This document shows, piece after piece, positions 8,257 to 18,409 of a stretch of DNA of 64,000 nucleotides (within the stretch, counting starts at the first letter, position 1; each line of letters opens with the position of its first letter). The position numbers were made by a program, and so were the translations under genes. Source of the stretch: Dehalococcoidia bacterium (GTDB lineage Bacteria; Chloroflexota; Dehalococcoidia; DSTF01; JACRBR01); contig JBGQBE010000003.1 of NCBI GenBank assembly GCA_041494685.1, forward strand, positions 1 through 64,000, written 5' to 3'. The notes beneath the pieces are model-generated. The model was not told the DNA's origin and searched no databases. It saw only the letters and a list, made by a program, of their open reading frames with translations.

Positions 8257-9348
8257 GTGAGAGATGGGCGGCTCCACGGCGTCTGGCAGCGACTCCTGCT
8301 CGTCGTGCAGCTTACTGTCAGCGCGGGCGCGCTTGTGCTGCTCTTCCGCGGCCTGGACCTTGGAACGACGCTCGACGCATTCAAGGACGCGAACTACTGG
8401 CTCCTGCCCGTGGCGGTGGCGCTGCTCCTCGTCGATCTCGGGCTGCGGTCCGTGCGCTGGCGACTGCTGCTGAGGCCGCAGTCGGGGCTGTCGCTCGACA
8501 ACCTGTTCGGCGCGACGAACGTGGGCTATCTCGTGAACAACATTCTGCCGTTCCGGGCCGGCGAGATCGCGCGTGTGCTTGCGGTCGACCGGCTGGAGAA
8601 GACGGGACGCCTGCGCGCGGCGTCCAGCGTCGCGATCGAGCGCGGCATCGACCTCGTCGCGATGGTCGTGCTGGTCGTCGCGCTGTTCCCGTTTATCGAG
8701 GAGCCGGACTGGGCGCGGGGGCCGGCGCTGCTCCTGGGCGCGGTGGTGGTCGCCGGTTTCGTGACGCTGGGAGTCATCGCGCGGCTGAACGAATCCGGGC
8801 ACGGCTTCTGGCGACCGCTTGTGCGCGCCGTGCCCCGCTTCTCGGCGCGGCTGGAGCACCTGATGGATCAGGTGCTGGCGGGGTTCCACCCGTTGCTGCG
8901 CTGGCGGGTATTGGCCGAGGTGCTGGTGCTGACGGCCATCATCTGGGCATGCGCGGCGCTGAGCTTCTACACCGTCATGAGCGCATTCAATCTCGACCTG
9001 AGGTTCAGCGCGGCCGCGCTCGTGCTCGGCGCAACGACGCTGGGCATGGTAGTGCCGTCGTCGCCGGGATACATCGGCGTGTTCCACGCGATCGCCGTTG
9101 AGACACTGGTATCCGTGTTCGGAGTGCCGAGGGAACACGCGCTGACGTACGCGGTCGCGCAGCACGCCGTGATCGTCATCGTGCCGTCGATGCTGGGCAT
9201 CGCATTCCTGCTGCGACGTCGCAGCATGTGGCACGACATCGTCGCGTCGCTGCGGGGACGCGGGCCGGACTGGACGGCCAAATCGGCGTCACCCCCCACG
9301 TTGCACGGCGACGCGGCCGCGATGCCGGGCGGCGGGGTGGACCCTTGA
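8257..9348 (+). CDS. lysylphosphatidylglycerol synthase TM-domain / UPF0104 flippase-like protein
   Basis: RSVRWRLLL, GYLVNNILPFRAGEIAR, IERGID and PSSPGYIG motifs. Confidence 0.88.
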   Translation: MRDGRLHGVWQRLLLVVQLTVSAGALVLLFRGLDLGTTLDAFKDANYWLLPVAVALLLVDLGLRSVRWRLLLRPQSGLSLDNLFGATNVGYLVNNILPFRAGEIARVLAVDRLEKTGRLRAASSVAIERGIDLVAMVVLVVALFPFIEEPDWARGPALLLGAVVVAGFVTLGVIARLNESGHGFWRPLVRAVPRFSARLEHLMDQVLAGFHPLLRWRVLAEVLVLTAIIWACAALSFYTVMSAFNLDLRFSAAALVLGATTLGMVVPSSPGYIGVFHAIAVETLVSVFGVPREHALTYAVAQHAVIVIVPSMLGIAFLLRRRSMWHDIVASLRGRGPDWTAKSASPPTLHGDAAAMPGGGVDP

Positions 9349-10508
9349 GGGTCGTCATCGTCCTTCCCACCTACAACGAACGCGCGAACATCGAACCGCT
9401 GATCGCGGCGCTGCAGACGGCGTGCGCGGAGACGCGGCACCGCTGCGAGGTCCTGGTCGTCGACGACAGCTCGCCCGACGGCACCGGCGACGTCGTCCGC
9501 GGCCTGCAGCAGCGCTACGACAACCTGCAGCTGCTGAGCGGCAAGAAGCAGGGCCTTGGCGTGGCGTACGCCCGCGGCATCGACCACGCGCTGCGCAAGA
9601 TGGGCGCCGACGTGATCGTCCACATGGACGCGGACTTCTCCCACGATCCCGCCGATGTGCCGCGGCTGGTGGCGAAGATCGACGAGGGGTACGACTTCGT
9701 GGTGGGGACGCGATACATGGAGGGCGGCGGCCTGCCGGGGGACTGGGGCTGGCATCGACGGCTGATCTCGCGGCTGGCGAACTTCGGCGCGCGGATCATC
9801 GCCGGGCTCACGGCGCTGCATGACTGCACGAACGGGTATCGCGCGTACCGGGCTTCCGTGCTGCTGCCGGTGGACCTGTCGTCGGCGCCACGAGGATACG
9901 CGGTGCTGACGTTCCTGGCGTACCACGGGCTCATGAACGGCCGCGGTGTGGCCGAGGTCCCGATCGTATTTTCCCAGCGCGCGCAGGGGACGAGCAAGCT
10001 GCGACTCAACGACGTCACCGAGTTCTTCCTGAACGCGTGGTGGATCCGCTACGACCGCCGCGAGCGGTTCCTCCGTTACGCCAGCGGGGGACTCTCCAGC
10101 GTCGCAGCCAACCTGGCGACCATCGCGCTGCTGTATTACGTCGCGGGCGTGCCCGCGCCGGCCGCCTCACCGCTGGCGATCGAGGCGTCGATCCTGTTCA
10201 GCATCGGCTGGCGCAGGATCTGGGGGCGGGCGCTGGGGCGGCGTCAGGGCGGGCTCGGCGCGTTCGGCGTCCGGACGCACGTGCTGGCCGTCCCGCCGTC
10301 CCTGCTGACATTCGGCGTGTTCTTCGTATTGACGCGCACAGGTGTGCCGGTCGTAGCAAGCCAGGCGGCGGGCATCGTGCCGGCGCTGATCTGGAACTAC
10401 TTCATTGGCGACCGCGGCCTGGACATGCTGCGGCGGCTGAATGTGATGGGCGACCTGTCGAAGATCGAACCCTCAGCAACAGATCGGACCTCCGATGGGC
10501 TCCGCTGA
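9345..10508 (+). CDS. GT2 polyprenol-phosphate glycosyltransferase (DPM1-like) fused to GtrA-like domain
   Basis: TTG start overlapping the upstream stop; PTYNE, VDDSSPDGT, HMDADFSHDP, DCTNGYRAY; hydrophobic C-terminal domain ending WNY. Confidence 0.9.
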   Translation: MRVVIVLPTYNERANIEPLIAALQTACAETRHRCEVLVVDDSSPDGTGDVVRGLQQRYDNLQLLSGKKQGLGVAYARGIDHALRKMGADVIVHMDADFSHDPADVPRLVAKIDEGYDFVVGTRYMEGGGLPGDWGWHRRLISRLANFGARIIAGLTALHDCTNGYRAYRASVLLPVDLSSAPRGYAVLTFLAYHGLMNGRGVAEVPIVFSQRAQGTSKLRLNDVTEFFLNAWWIRYDRRERFLRYASGGLSSVAANLATIALLYYVAGVPAPAASPLAIEASILFSIGWRRIWGRALGRRQGGLGAFGVRTHVLAVPPSLLTFGVFFVLTRTGVPVVASQAAGIVPALIWNYFIGDRGLDMLRRLNVMGDLSKIEPSATDRTSDGLR

Positions 10509-11310
10509 CCGCGACGGGCATGGCCCGGTGACCACCGACACGTATTTGCGGCGGTACCTGCGCCAATCGCCAGCGGCGCTCGCGCTCTGGCGTTCGATTG
10601 AGGCGCGGCATTTCGCATCGGTCCCGATGCGGCGACCGCTGCTCGACGTCGGCGCCGGATTCGGCGAGTTCGGCCGCGCTTTCTTCGACGAGCCGGCGGA
10701 CGTCGGACTCGACATCTCGCGCCGAGACCTCCGCATGTGCCGGCAGACCGGCGTGTATCGGAGCCTGGTGCAGGGAGACGCGCGCGTGCTGCCGTTCGCG
10801 GACGGGGCGTTCAACACGGTCATGAGCGTGAGCGTGCTCGAGCACATACCCGGCGTCGACCCGTTCTTCGGCGAGGCGTTTCGCGTATTGCGGCCAGGCG
10901 GCACGCTGGTATTCTCCGTGCCGCTCGCGGACATGGACGCGTACATGCTGTTCCCGCCAGCCGCGCGGCGCGTCGGGCTATCGGGTCTGGCCGACGCGTA
11001 TGTCAGGCGCGTGCATCGCGCGTTCAAGCACGTGAACCTGCACCAGCCGGAGTACTGGCTGGTGCACGTCGAACACAGCGGGTTCGAGATCGTGGAGCAG
11101 CGGCGGATCATCTCGCGCACAGCGACGCGGCTGTTCGACCTCGGCCTGCCGACAGCGTTGCTCTCGCAAATCGGGCGGGTGCGGACGGGGCACCGCGCCG
11201 TGTGGCACCCGGAACCGCTCGTGAGCCTGTGGGCGGCCGCGCTGCGGCCCTTCGTTGAGGCGCCGGAGAGCGACGGCAGCAATCTGCTCGTCGTGGCGCG
11301 GCGCCCTTAG
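10495..11310 (+). CDS. class I SAM-dependent methyltransferase
   Basis: LDVGAGFG, GDARVLPF, VLEHI, RVLRPGG; alternative GTG start at 10528. Confidence 0.9.
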   Translation: MGSADRDGHGPVTTDTYLRRYLRQSPAALALWRSIEARHFASVPMRRPLLDVGAGFGEFGRAFFDEPADVGLDISRRDLRMCRQTGVYRSLVQGDARVLPFADGAFNTVMSVSVLEHIPGVDPFFGEAFRVLRPGGTLVFSVPLADMDAYMLFPPAARRVGLSGLADAYVRRVHRAFKHVNLHQPEYWLVHVEHSGFEIVEQRRIISRTATRLFDLGLPTALLSQIGRVRTGHRAVWHPEPLVSLWAAALRPFVEAPESDGSNLLVVARRP

Positions 11311-11401
11311 CGAGCGAGCGGAGGAGGATCGGCGGGCGCGCCGCCGGAAGTCAGCGCGCGCCGCCTGTACGCAGTACGCGGGATCGCAGACGCACTGCCG
11401 T

Positions 11402-14400
11402 CTACGGCTGTATGATTTCGATGCCCGGATACAGGGACGAGACGGAGAACCAGAAGCCTTCGAACATCGGCACCGGCGTAAGTTGCGCGCCCTTGTTGGG
11501 CCCGTCTACGGCCCGGCCATAGACGTCCCACGCAGTGCCGTTCCGTCCGTCGATGAAGTGGCCGACGCCGGAGCCGATCGCTGAGAACGTGCGCGGCGGG
11601 TCCTCGTCGCCCCGCAGGAATGCCGCGAGCGTCCCGACGTGCCGGGAGTCCGACGGGTTCTTCACGTCGAGCAGCGAGAGCGGACGCGCGTCGAAGAAGA
11701 TCGCGACCTGTCCGGCATCAGCCTGCAATGTGTACGTCCGATCGACCTTCTTCGACGCGTCGGGGAACGGCAACGCCACCCGGCGCGATCCGAGGTCGAT
11801 GACAGCCACGCGCGTCATCGGCGCCAGTCGGGCATCGACTGGCGCGAGCGTAAAGATGGGCTTACCGTCGGGGGCGTCGTAGCCCAGATACGGGTTTCCT
11901 TGACGCAGCGTCGTGTCGGAGTCGGTAGCCAGCACCTTGCCATCCGGGAACGCCGCGGCAAACTCGCCGTAGGTGCCGACGACCGCGGGGAGCATGCGCA
12001 GCTTCGATCCTGCGAGCGCACCTGTCACGGCCTCGCCCGTGAGCTGCTGCCACCACGTCTCCGAGCCGCGGTCGTAGAGCAGCGCGTTGCCGTTGCGTAG
12101 CAGCCCGGTGAGACCGAAGGAGAGCGTCTGTCCGTTCAGCTGCCGGAGATATGCGCGAGCAACGCCCGCGATCGGATCAAAGGTGATCACGGCCGGGACG
12201 CCGCCGATGGTGTCGTTCACCGGGCCGCGGCGAAGCAGCGTGTGCAGCGGGTATGCCCGCTCGTCCGCGCCGCGCGTGACCACAACCACCGGCTCGTCCG
12301 GCCCCATCCGGACGTCGTTCGGCGTGCCGAACTGCGGCTCGTCGACGGACGGGACGAAGTCGCGCTCCTGGCCCTTCACCACCATGTCGAGCCCGACGCC
12401 GAGCGTGAGATCCGTCGACCAGGCGCTGGTGATGTCCTCGGAGCGCAGGTCTCCTCGCTGGATGCCGGCAGACATGACGGCCACGCGCGCCTGGCCAGAC
12501 AGATCCGTCACGGTGCGGACGTCACCGGGGAAGACCCCTGCCTGGAGCCGCTGCACCAGCGAACTGACCTCTGGCCTGTCGTAGCTGATGAAGGCGACAC
12601 ATCCGATTCCCCCGGCCGGTGGATACGCCCCGTACGCGGACGTAACGTCGTCGAACGCGATCTGCAGCGGGGGGACGTTCTTCATCCCGAAGAACCGCCA
12701 GAGCCCGTTCAGCAGCGAGGCCGGGTTCGGCGCGTACGCAATATCCCGCAGCGGCTGCTGCCTGCAGTCCTTAGCCGTGAGTTCACGCACGACGACCGTC
12801 TCCGGGGTCGTGGGATTGTGCCGCGCCGAGTAGATAAAGAAGTGTTGGCCGTTGATGATGAACACGAGCGGCGCCAGCGCCGCGAACGCCGCCACCCCTA
12901 CGATTCGCTCGAACGATGGCCGCTGGGCCGGCCATCCGGCAGCGGCGATTAGCCGGTCGATGCCAATGCCCGCCAACGCCGCCATCGGCGGCATCAGGAA
13001 GTTCAACCTCGAGATCGACACGAACTCATACGACGACAGCAGCCCTGACACGACCGCGCCGACCAGCAGCCAGATCACAATCAACCGATAGGCATCGTTC
13101 CGGATCCCCCGGATCGCCACGCCCACGCCGGCGACGGCCAGCGTGAAGCTCACGCTGTCCATCAGCGCGCCCGCGACGTAGTGGATGTTCGACGGATTGA
13201 AGCTGAATGCGAGAAACGTGCGCGGCGTATTCTGGGTGATCTTGTCGAAGAACGGCTGATGCGTCTGGCTGCTCGACAGGAGCAGCATCTGCCGGATCAC
13301 GTCGTACTTGTTCGTCGCGAAGATCGGCATCGCCGATATCAGGAAGCCCGCTCCGACCGCAGCGGCGATCTCCGGGCGCAACCCCCGCCGCCCCATCAGC
13401 ACCACCGCTACGGCAAGCATGATGATCGCCGAGCGCGAAGAGTAGTACGTGTACCACCCGAGTCCCGCGAAGAACCCCGCGATGAACAACAGGGTGTAGC
13501 TCGTCCGCCGCAGCCCGGCCACGAAGAACGCAAGCGCCGCTGTTGTCGGAAACAGCGTGAAGACGTTCTCGTACCCGGTGTGCGCGTACGAAAACAGATA
13601 GTGCGATGCCGCCAGGAACAGCGTCCCGAAGGCAGCCACCCGCACGCCCAGCAGTTGGCGCAAGAGCCAGTAGAACAGCGGGAACGTCAGTGCGATCGAC
13701 AGCACTGAAGCCATCTTCCAGCCGAAGAGCCCGGAGCCGAAGATGCGCATCACCAGCGCCTGCCACACGGAACTGAGGATCGGGTGATTGCCGTACACCC
13801 CCGCCTGCGAGAACCAGTTGAGGGGGTCGCCTCGTATCACACGCTGGCCGAAGTCCCAAAATGCGCCTTCGTCGCCGATGGCCGAGTAGCGCCAGTTGTC
13901 CAGGTCGCGCGCGCTGATGCCGACGAACGTTCCGGCCAGCGCCAGCACGAGGATCACTTCGAGCAGGTGCGGCCACCTGATCCGCGGCAACGACAGCCGT
14001 CCGTCCGCCCGGTCGATGACCATCAGCGTGATCAGCACCCAGAAGACGGCTGCGGCCATCCACCATCGATAGCCACGGTCGTAGTGGTGATTGGCGAGCC
14101 GAAGGAGCAAGTACCCCCAGATCAGCAGCGGGGGGAGTAGCACCGAGACGACGATCGCCGCGCGCCGGCGAGTCACCGTGATCCGCGACTTCCAGCGCTC
14201 GACCCGCTGAGACACGGGCATCGGCACCAGCGCCGCGACGATCGCAGCGCCAGCGAAGAACAATGGCAGCGCGAACGCCAGCGCGTTCCTCGTGTGATAC
14301 ACATCGCGCTGGAGCCAACGATTGAAACCGCGCAGGAACGGCCAGTGGAACGGCACGTGCACGGGGTTCCGGCTGACCTCGTACTGTCCCCAGACGATGA

Positions 14401-14512
14401 GCAGGAAGCCGCCGGCGACGGCCGCCGTCGGCATCGTACGGATCACCCGCCGAGCCAACGCATTCAGCCACGGCGGGCGCGCCGAAGCGGACCGGGAAGC
14501 GGTCCCGCTCAC
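11402..14512 (-). CDS. ArnT/PMT-like GT-C glycosyltransferase fused to a C-terminal DUF3179-like domain
   Basis: Multi-TM region with GDE and HP motifs and GLGWYTYYS; C-terminal RAYPL..VNDTIGG..FGLTGLL..LYDRGSETWWQQ..GEAVTG..G resembles DUF3179. Confidence 0.8.
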   Translation of the reverse strand: MSGTASRSASARPPWLNALARRVIRTMPTAAVAGGFLLIVWGQYEVSRNPVHVPFHWPFLRGFNRWLQRDVYHTRNALAFALPLFFAGAAIVAALVPMPVSQRVERWKSRITVTRRRAAIVVSVLLPPLLIWGYLLLRLANHHYDRGYRWWMAAAVFWVLITLMVIDRADGRLSLPRIRWPHLLEVILVLALAGTFVGISARDLDNWRYSAIGDEGAFWDFGQRVIRGDPLNWFSQAGVYGNHPILSSVWQALVMRIFGSGLFGWKMASVLSIALTFPLFYWLLRQLLGVRVAAFGTLFLAASHYLFSYAHTGYENVFTLFPTTAALAFFVAGLRRTSYTLLFIAGFFAGLGWYTYYSSRSAIIMLAVAVVLMGRRGLRPEIAAAVGAGFLISAMPIFATNKYDVIRQMLLLSSSQTHQPFFDKITQNTPRTFLAFSFNPSNIHYVAGALMDSVSFTLAVAGVGVAIRGIRNDAYRLIVIWLLVGAVVSGLLSSYEFVSISRLNFLMPPMAALAGIGIDRLIAAAGWPAQRPSFERIVGVAAFAALAPLVFIINGQHFFIYSARHNPTTPETVVVRELTAKDCRQQPLRDIAYAPNPASLLNGLWRFFGMKNVPPLQIAFDDVTSAYGAYPPAGGIGCVAFISYDRPEVSSLVQRLQAGVFPGDVRTVTDLSGQARVAVMSAGIQRGDLRSEDITSAWSTDLTLGVGLDMVVKGQERDFVPSVDEPQFGTPNDVRMGPDEPVVVVTRGADERAYPLHTLLRRGPVNDTIGGVPAVITFDPIAGVARAYLRQLNGQTLSFGLTGLLRNGNALLYDRGSETWWQQLTGEAVTGALAGSKLRMLPAVVGTYGEFAAAFPDGKVLATDSDTTLRQGNPYLGYDAPDGKPIFTLAPVDARLAPMTRVAVIDLGSRRVALPFPDASKKVDRTYTLQADAGQVAIFFDARPLSLLDVKNPSDSRHVGTLAAFLRGDEDPPRTFSAIGSGVGHFIDGRNGTAWDVYGRAVDGPNKGAQLTPVPMFEGFWFSVSSLYPGIEIIQP

Positions 14513-14908
14513 GGCGCCGCTCGATGCGCCGAAAGAAGCTCCTGGTGTGTCCGGAACAATAGCTTGCGAAGCACGATGTGTAGCTTAACCGTTCGTTCGG
14601 AGCAGCGCGACCACCGATGAGCTGACAGGTCGCGGCGGAGACGCGGAGATTGACACCCGACGCGGAGAAATCAGGGGATCGCATGCCACCTGCGAGGCAG
14701 GGCGTTGGCGGCCCTCTTCACCGGTTCGACAGGACACCGGCCAAGCGCTGAGGGCGGGACGTGAAGACGCGTTCGACGTTACGGTGCGAACCGATCCCGC
14801 GTTCTCTTGTTCGCAAGTGCTAGGTATCATACCGGCGATGCTCTTCTACTACCTGCGGGCCGGCTCCTGGATATCGCAACATCCCCCCATAGCTGAAGTT
14901 GAGACCAC

Positions 14909-16564
14909 GTGATGATCAGTGATGAGGGCGTCGGCGAGACGAGGCGAGCCGGCGCGGCGCGCGCCCGCCTCGGCGGGCGGCCCACTGCCATCTTCGGCCT
15001 GATAACACGCTATCGGGAATTAGTCTTCGTCGTCGCCGTGACCGGCGTCGCGCTCTTCCTCCGCACGTATGAGCTCCTCGACTATCCGCCTGGCTTCCAC
15101 GGCGACGAAGGCCTGCTCGGGATGGACGCCCAGCGCGTGCTGCGCGAGGGCTGGATCGGTCCGTACCTCGGCAGCGGCGGCGGCTATGCCGCCGGGCCGG
15201 TCTACTGGACCGCGCTCATCTTCAGGATTGGCGGCTCGTCGGATTTCAACGTGCGCCTCTCGACGGCGCTCCTCGGCACCGTCGCGGTTCCCATCGCCTA
15301 CTATGCGTTCCGCATCATGTTTGGCTTCCGGGTCGCCGTGCTCGCGTCGATCTTCTTCGCCTTCTCGGCGTTCGACATCCACTACAGCCGCGTCGGCTAC
15401 ATGCCGGTTGCGCAGCCTATCATCGAGGTAGCGACGATGCTACCGCTGTTTCTCGCCGTACGCACCCGCCGCTGGTACTACTTCTTGATCGCCGGGACCA
15501 TGGCCGGCTTCGGCGCGTTCAGCTACAGCCCCTATCCGGTCTTCGTCGCCGGTCTGGCGTTGTTCTTGCTCTGGTTTGCGGTGCGCGGATATTGGTGGCG
15601 ACACCTCCACACGTTCGTTCGCGACATGGCCTTGTTCTGGGGCGCGTTCTACTTCGCCGCTCTCTCGATGATCCAGTACGCCCGGAATGAGCCCGGCTTC
15701 CTCAACCACGCTAGGGCGGAGTCCATCCGTTCGACGCGCGAGTGGAAGAACGCGCACGGCCTGCTCGCCCATCTGCAGATCGTCTGGTTTCACGCAAAGG
15801 ACTGGTTCTACACCGTCACGTCACGTCCGAAGTTCGACGGCGTTGATGCGACCGGCATCGGGCACATGTTCGACCGTTTGTCGTTGTACCTCATCGCCGC
15901 CGGCGTCGTTATCGTCATCCTCAACTGGCGGCGGCTCCCCTACGCCTTCACGCTGATTATGTTCGCCGTGCTGCCGTTCGGCGCCATCCTCACGATCGGC
16001 GCCGGGTTCCGCCGCACCATCGGCTTGCTGCCGATGCTCTTTGTGCTGATGGCGCTCCCCCTGGAGCGCGTCTGGCGCTGGGCGGACGCGGCGCCGGCGG
16101 CGAAGCGGACCCTCGGATATGGGTTGGTCGGAGCCGCCGTCGCGTTCGTCTGCATCTACAACGTCCGCTACTACTTCGGCACGCTCGCAAGCTCGGAGCA
16201 GGCGCGCTGGACGTACGTAGAGGAGCTGGCCGATGCCTCCCGGTACATCGAGAAGCAGCACCCGGACTACGTGTATTTCTACTCCGCGCGTTGGGGGTAC
16301 GGCTATCCGACCCGCAGCTACCTGGCGCCCGACGTACCGGGCGAGGATCGTTCGAAGGAGTTCAGCAAGCTGAACGGCTCGATCGACGTCAACACCTCGC
16401 GCGATGCGATGTTCCTGTTCATCGGCGGCTACATGGACTTACTCCCCGAGGTGCAGCAGAAGTATCCTGGCGGCATCGCCCACATCGGCACCGCCGGTGA
16501 TGGGCGCAAGCTCTTCGCCACGTACCGCCTCCCATCTCACGCCAAGGCCACGGTTCTTCCGTAG
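14909..16564 (+). CDS. ArnT/PMT-like GT-C glycosyltransferase
   Basis: PPGFHGDE, IHYSR and GAFSYSP motifs; about 11 TM segments followed by a soluble C-terminal domain. Confidence 0.85.
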   Translation: MMISDEGVGETRRAGAARARLGGRPTAIFGLITRYRELVFVVAVTGVALFLRTYELLDYPPGFHGDEGLLGMDAQRVLREGWIGPYLGSGGGYAAGPVYWTALIFRIGGSSDFNVRLSTALLGTVAVPIAYYAFRIMFGFRVAVLASIFFAFSAFDIHYSRVGYMPVAQPIIEVATMLPLFLAVRTRRWYYFLIAGTMAGFGAFSYSPYPVFVAGLALFLLWFAVRGYWWRHLHTFVRDMALFWGAFYFAALSMIQYARNEPGFLNHARAESIRSTREWKNAHGLLAHLQIVWFHAKDWFYTVTSRPKFDGVDATGIGHMFDRLSLYLIAAGVVIVILNWRRLPYAFTLIMFAVLPFGAILTIGAGFRRTIGLLPMLFVLMALPLERVWRWADAAPAAKRTLGYGLVGAAVAFVCIYNVRYYFGTLASSEQARWTYVEELADASRYIEKQHPDYVYFYSARWGYGYPTRSYLAPDVPGEDRSKEFSKLNGSIDVNTSRDAMFLFIGGYMDLLPEVQQKYPGGIAHIGTAGDGRKLFATYRLPSHAKATVLP

Positions 16565-16690
16565 CTTGCCGGCCCCGGTATCTCGAACGCATCGGTCACC
16601 GGGACGATTCGAGGTTTCCCGCGATGAAGCCGGCTCCTACACTGCGGCTGGAGGGCGCCGAGCCGCGCCCCCGGATCGGAGCGCCACGCG

Positions 16691-17692
16691 ATGCCCAGAC
16701 TGACTGCCGCCGACGAGCTGTTCGTACACCAGATCCCCGAGCCGTTCCCGAACGTTCAGACGCACCACGAGCACTGGCGGGACAGCTACTTCTTTGTCGT
16801 GCACCCGCGCACCGGGCCGGGCGACGTGCTGCTGCTGACGATGGCGCAGTTCCCGAAGCGGGCGGTGATGGACTCGCTGCAGATGGGGCAGATCGGCGGG
16901 CAGCACGTCTTCGGGCGCTACGAGCGGCCGTACGGCGACGACCCGCACACGCCGGTGGTGGGGCCGGTGACGATCGAGATCGTCGAGCCGTACAAGACGC
17001 TGCGGCTGAAGGCGGACGCGGCGGCGGGTGCCACGGTCGGCGTGGATCTGACGTTCACGGCGCGCACCGCGGCGTACGGGCTGCGGCGCGGCACGATGAA
17101 GGCCGGCCACGAGATCATCTGGGACCAGAGCCACTTCTTCCAGTCCGGTGACGTCAACGGCACCTACACGTACCAGGGCGTGACGCACGCGGTCGACAAC
17201 TGGTGGTGCCAGCGCGACCACTCGTGGGGCATCCGCGACCACGCGCGCTGCCCGATGTGGATGTGGTTCGCGGTGCAGCTCGACGACGGCATGCTGGGCG
17301 TGTGGCACTGGGAGTACCCGAACGGCGCGCGCGTCTTCACGGACGGCTGTTGGGCGCCAGCGGGTGGCGGCGCGCCGGTGCCGGTGATCGACTTCCGCCA
17401 CGATCTGCACTGGACCGACAGGGACGGCAGGCCGGCGGACTATGGCCGCGACGGCGCGGGCACGGTCGGCCTGGCGGGGCGGGTGGAGTTCACGCTGGAA
17501 GGCGGCCGTACCATCGCGGTGGAAGGCGAGGGCACGCGTTGCGCGCCGTACGGGCAGTACGGCGGCGGCCAGCACCAGCTGAGCGTGCGCACGGACGACG
17601 GGCGCAGGGGGATGGCGATCTACGAGCTGACGGGCTGCTACCACCACCGCTACTTCCCGATCGCCCGGGCGGAGAACCTGCCGCCGGGCTAA
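16691..17692 (+). CDS. conserved hypothetical protein (AttH/tocopherol-cyclase-like beta fold likely)
   Basis: WRDSYFF, EIVEPYKTLRL, RDHSWGIR motifs. Confidence 0.7.
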   Translation: MPRLTAADELFVHQIPEPFPNVQTHHEHWRDSYFFVVHPRTGPGDVLLLTMAQFPKRAVMDSLQMGQIGGQHVFGRYERPYGDDPHTPVVGPVTIEIVEPYKTLRLKADAAAGATVGVDLTFTARTAAYGLRRGTMKAGHEIIWDQSHFFQSGDVNGTYTYQGVTHAVDNWWCQRDHSWGIRDHARCPMWMWFAVQLDDGMLGVWHWEYPNGARVFTDGCWAPAGGGAPVPVIDFRHDLHWTDRDGRPADYGRDGAGTVGLAGRVEFTLEGGRTIAVEGEGTRCAPYGQYGGGQHQLSVRTDDGRRGMAIYELTGCYHHRYFPIARAENLPPG

Positions 17693-17812
17693 CACCGACA
17701 GGTACAGGAAGTATCGAGCCGATCGGGGCTGGATGACAGGCCGATCGGCCATTTCTTGCGCGCGGGCGCAAGCGTAGCCTTTGATCGACGCTATCGAAAG
17801 GAGGCGAAGGCA

Positions 17813-18277
17813 ATGGCTACGAATGGTAAGACGGAACTGGCGGTGCGGCGTCCGGCGTTCCCGGACTTCGAGGAACTGCGCGACCTGCTGCGGTTCGACA
17901 CGCGCTGGCCGTTCGCCTTCCCGGCGCGTGCCCTGCGTATGGCGGAGCGCGAACTGCCCGCGATCGACATGTTCGAGCGCGACGGCAACGTCGTGGTAAA
18001 GGCGGAAATGCCGGGCATCGATCCGGCGAAGATCGACGTGACGGTGGTGAGCGGCGAACTGCGGATCAGTGGCGAGCGTAGGGAAGAGCATGAGGTGAAG
18101 GAGGAGCAGTATTACCGCTCCGAGCGCACCTTCGGCCACATTTACCGCGCGCTGACGCTGCCGGAAGGTTGCGACACGGAGCACATCGCCGCGACCGCGA
18201 GGGACGGCGTGCTCGAAGTCGTGATCCCGAAGAAGCAGACCGCCGTCACGCACAAGGTGGAAGTAAAGCCGGCCTGA
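17813..18277 (+). CDS. Hsp20/alpha-crystallin small heat shock protein
   Basis: PAIDMFE, KAEMPG, ERTFGHIYR, DGVLEV; AGGAGG RBS. Confidence 0.95.
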   Translation: MATNGKTELAVRRPAFPDFEELRDLLRFDTRWPFAFPARALRMAERELPAIDMFERDGNVVVKAEMPGIDPAKIDVTVVSGELRISGERREEHEVKEEQYYRSERTFGHIYRALTLPEGCDTEHIAATARDGVLEVVIPKKQTAVTHKVEVKPA

Positions 18278-18409
18278 CCAACGGCCGGCCCCTTCACCGC
18301 GTGAGAGCGCCCGGAAGCACCCGCCGGGCGCTCTCCGCGTGTCCGCCTTGCGGGCTTCTGCGCGATGCGGGGTGACATGCTCCCGCGCGGGCGCTGCGGA
18401 TATCGCAGA

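Noticed and set aside
14838..14912. Possible 24-aa leader peptide (MLFYYLRAG...) overlapping the GT-C start
   Set aside because: No attenuator structure or conservation evidence available; may be chance
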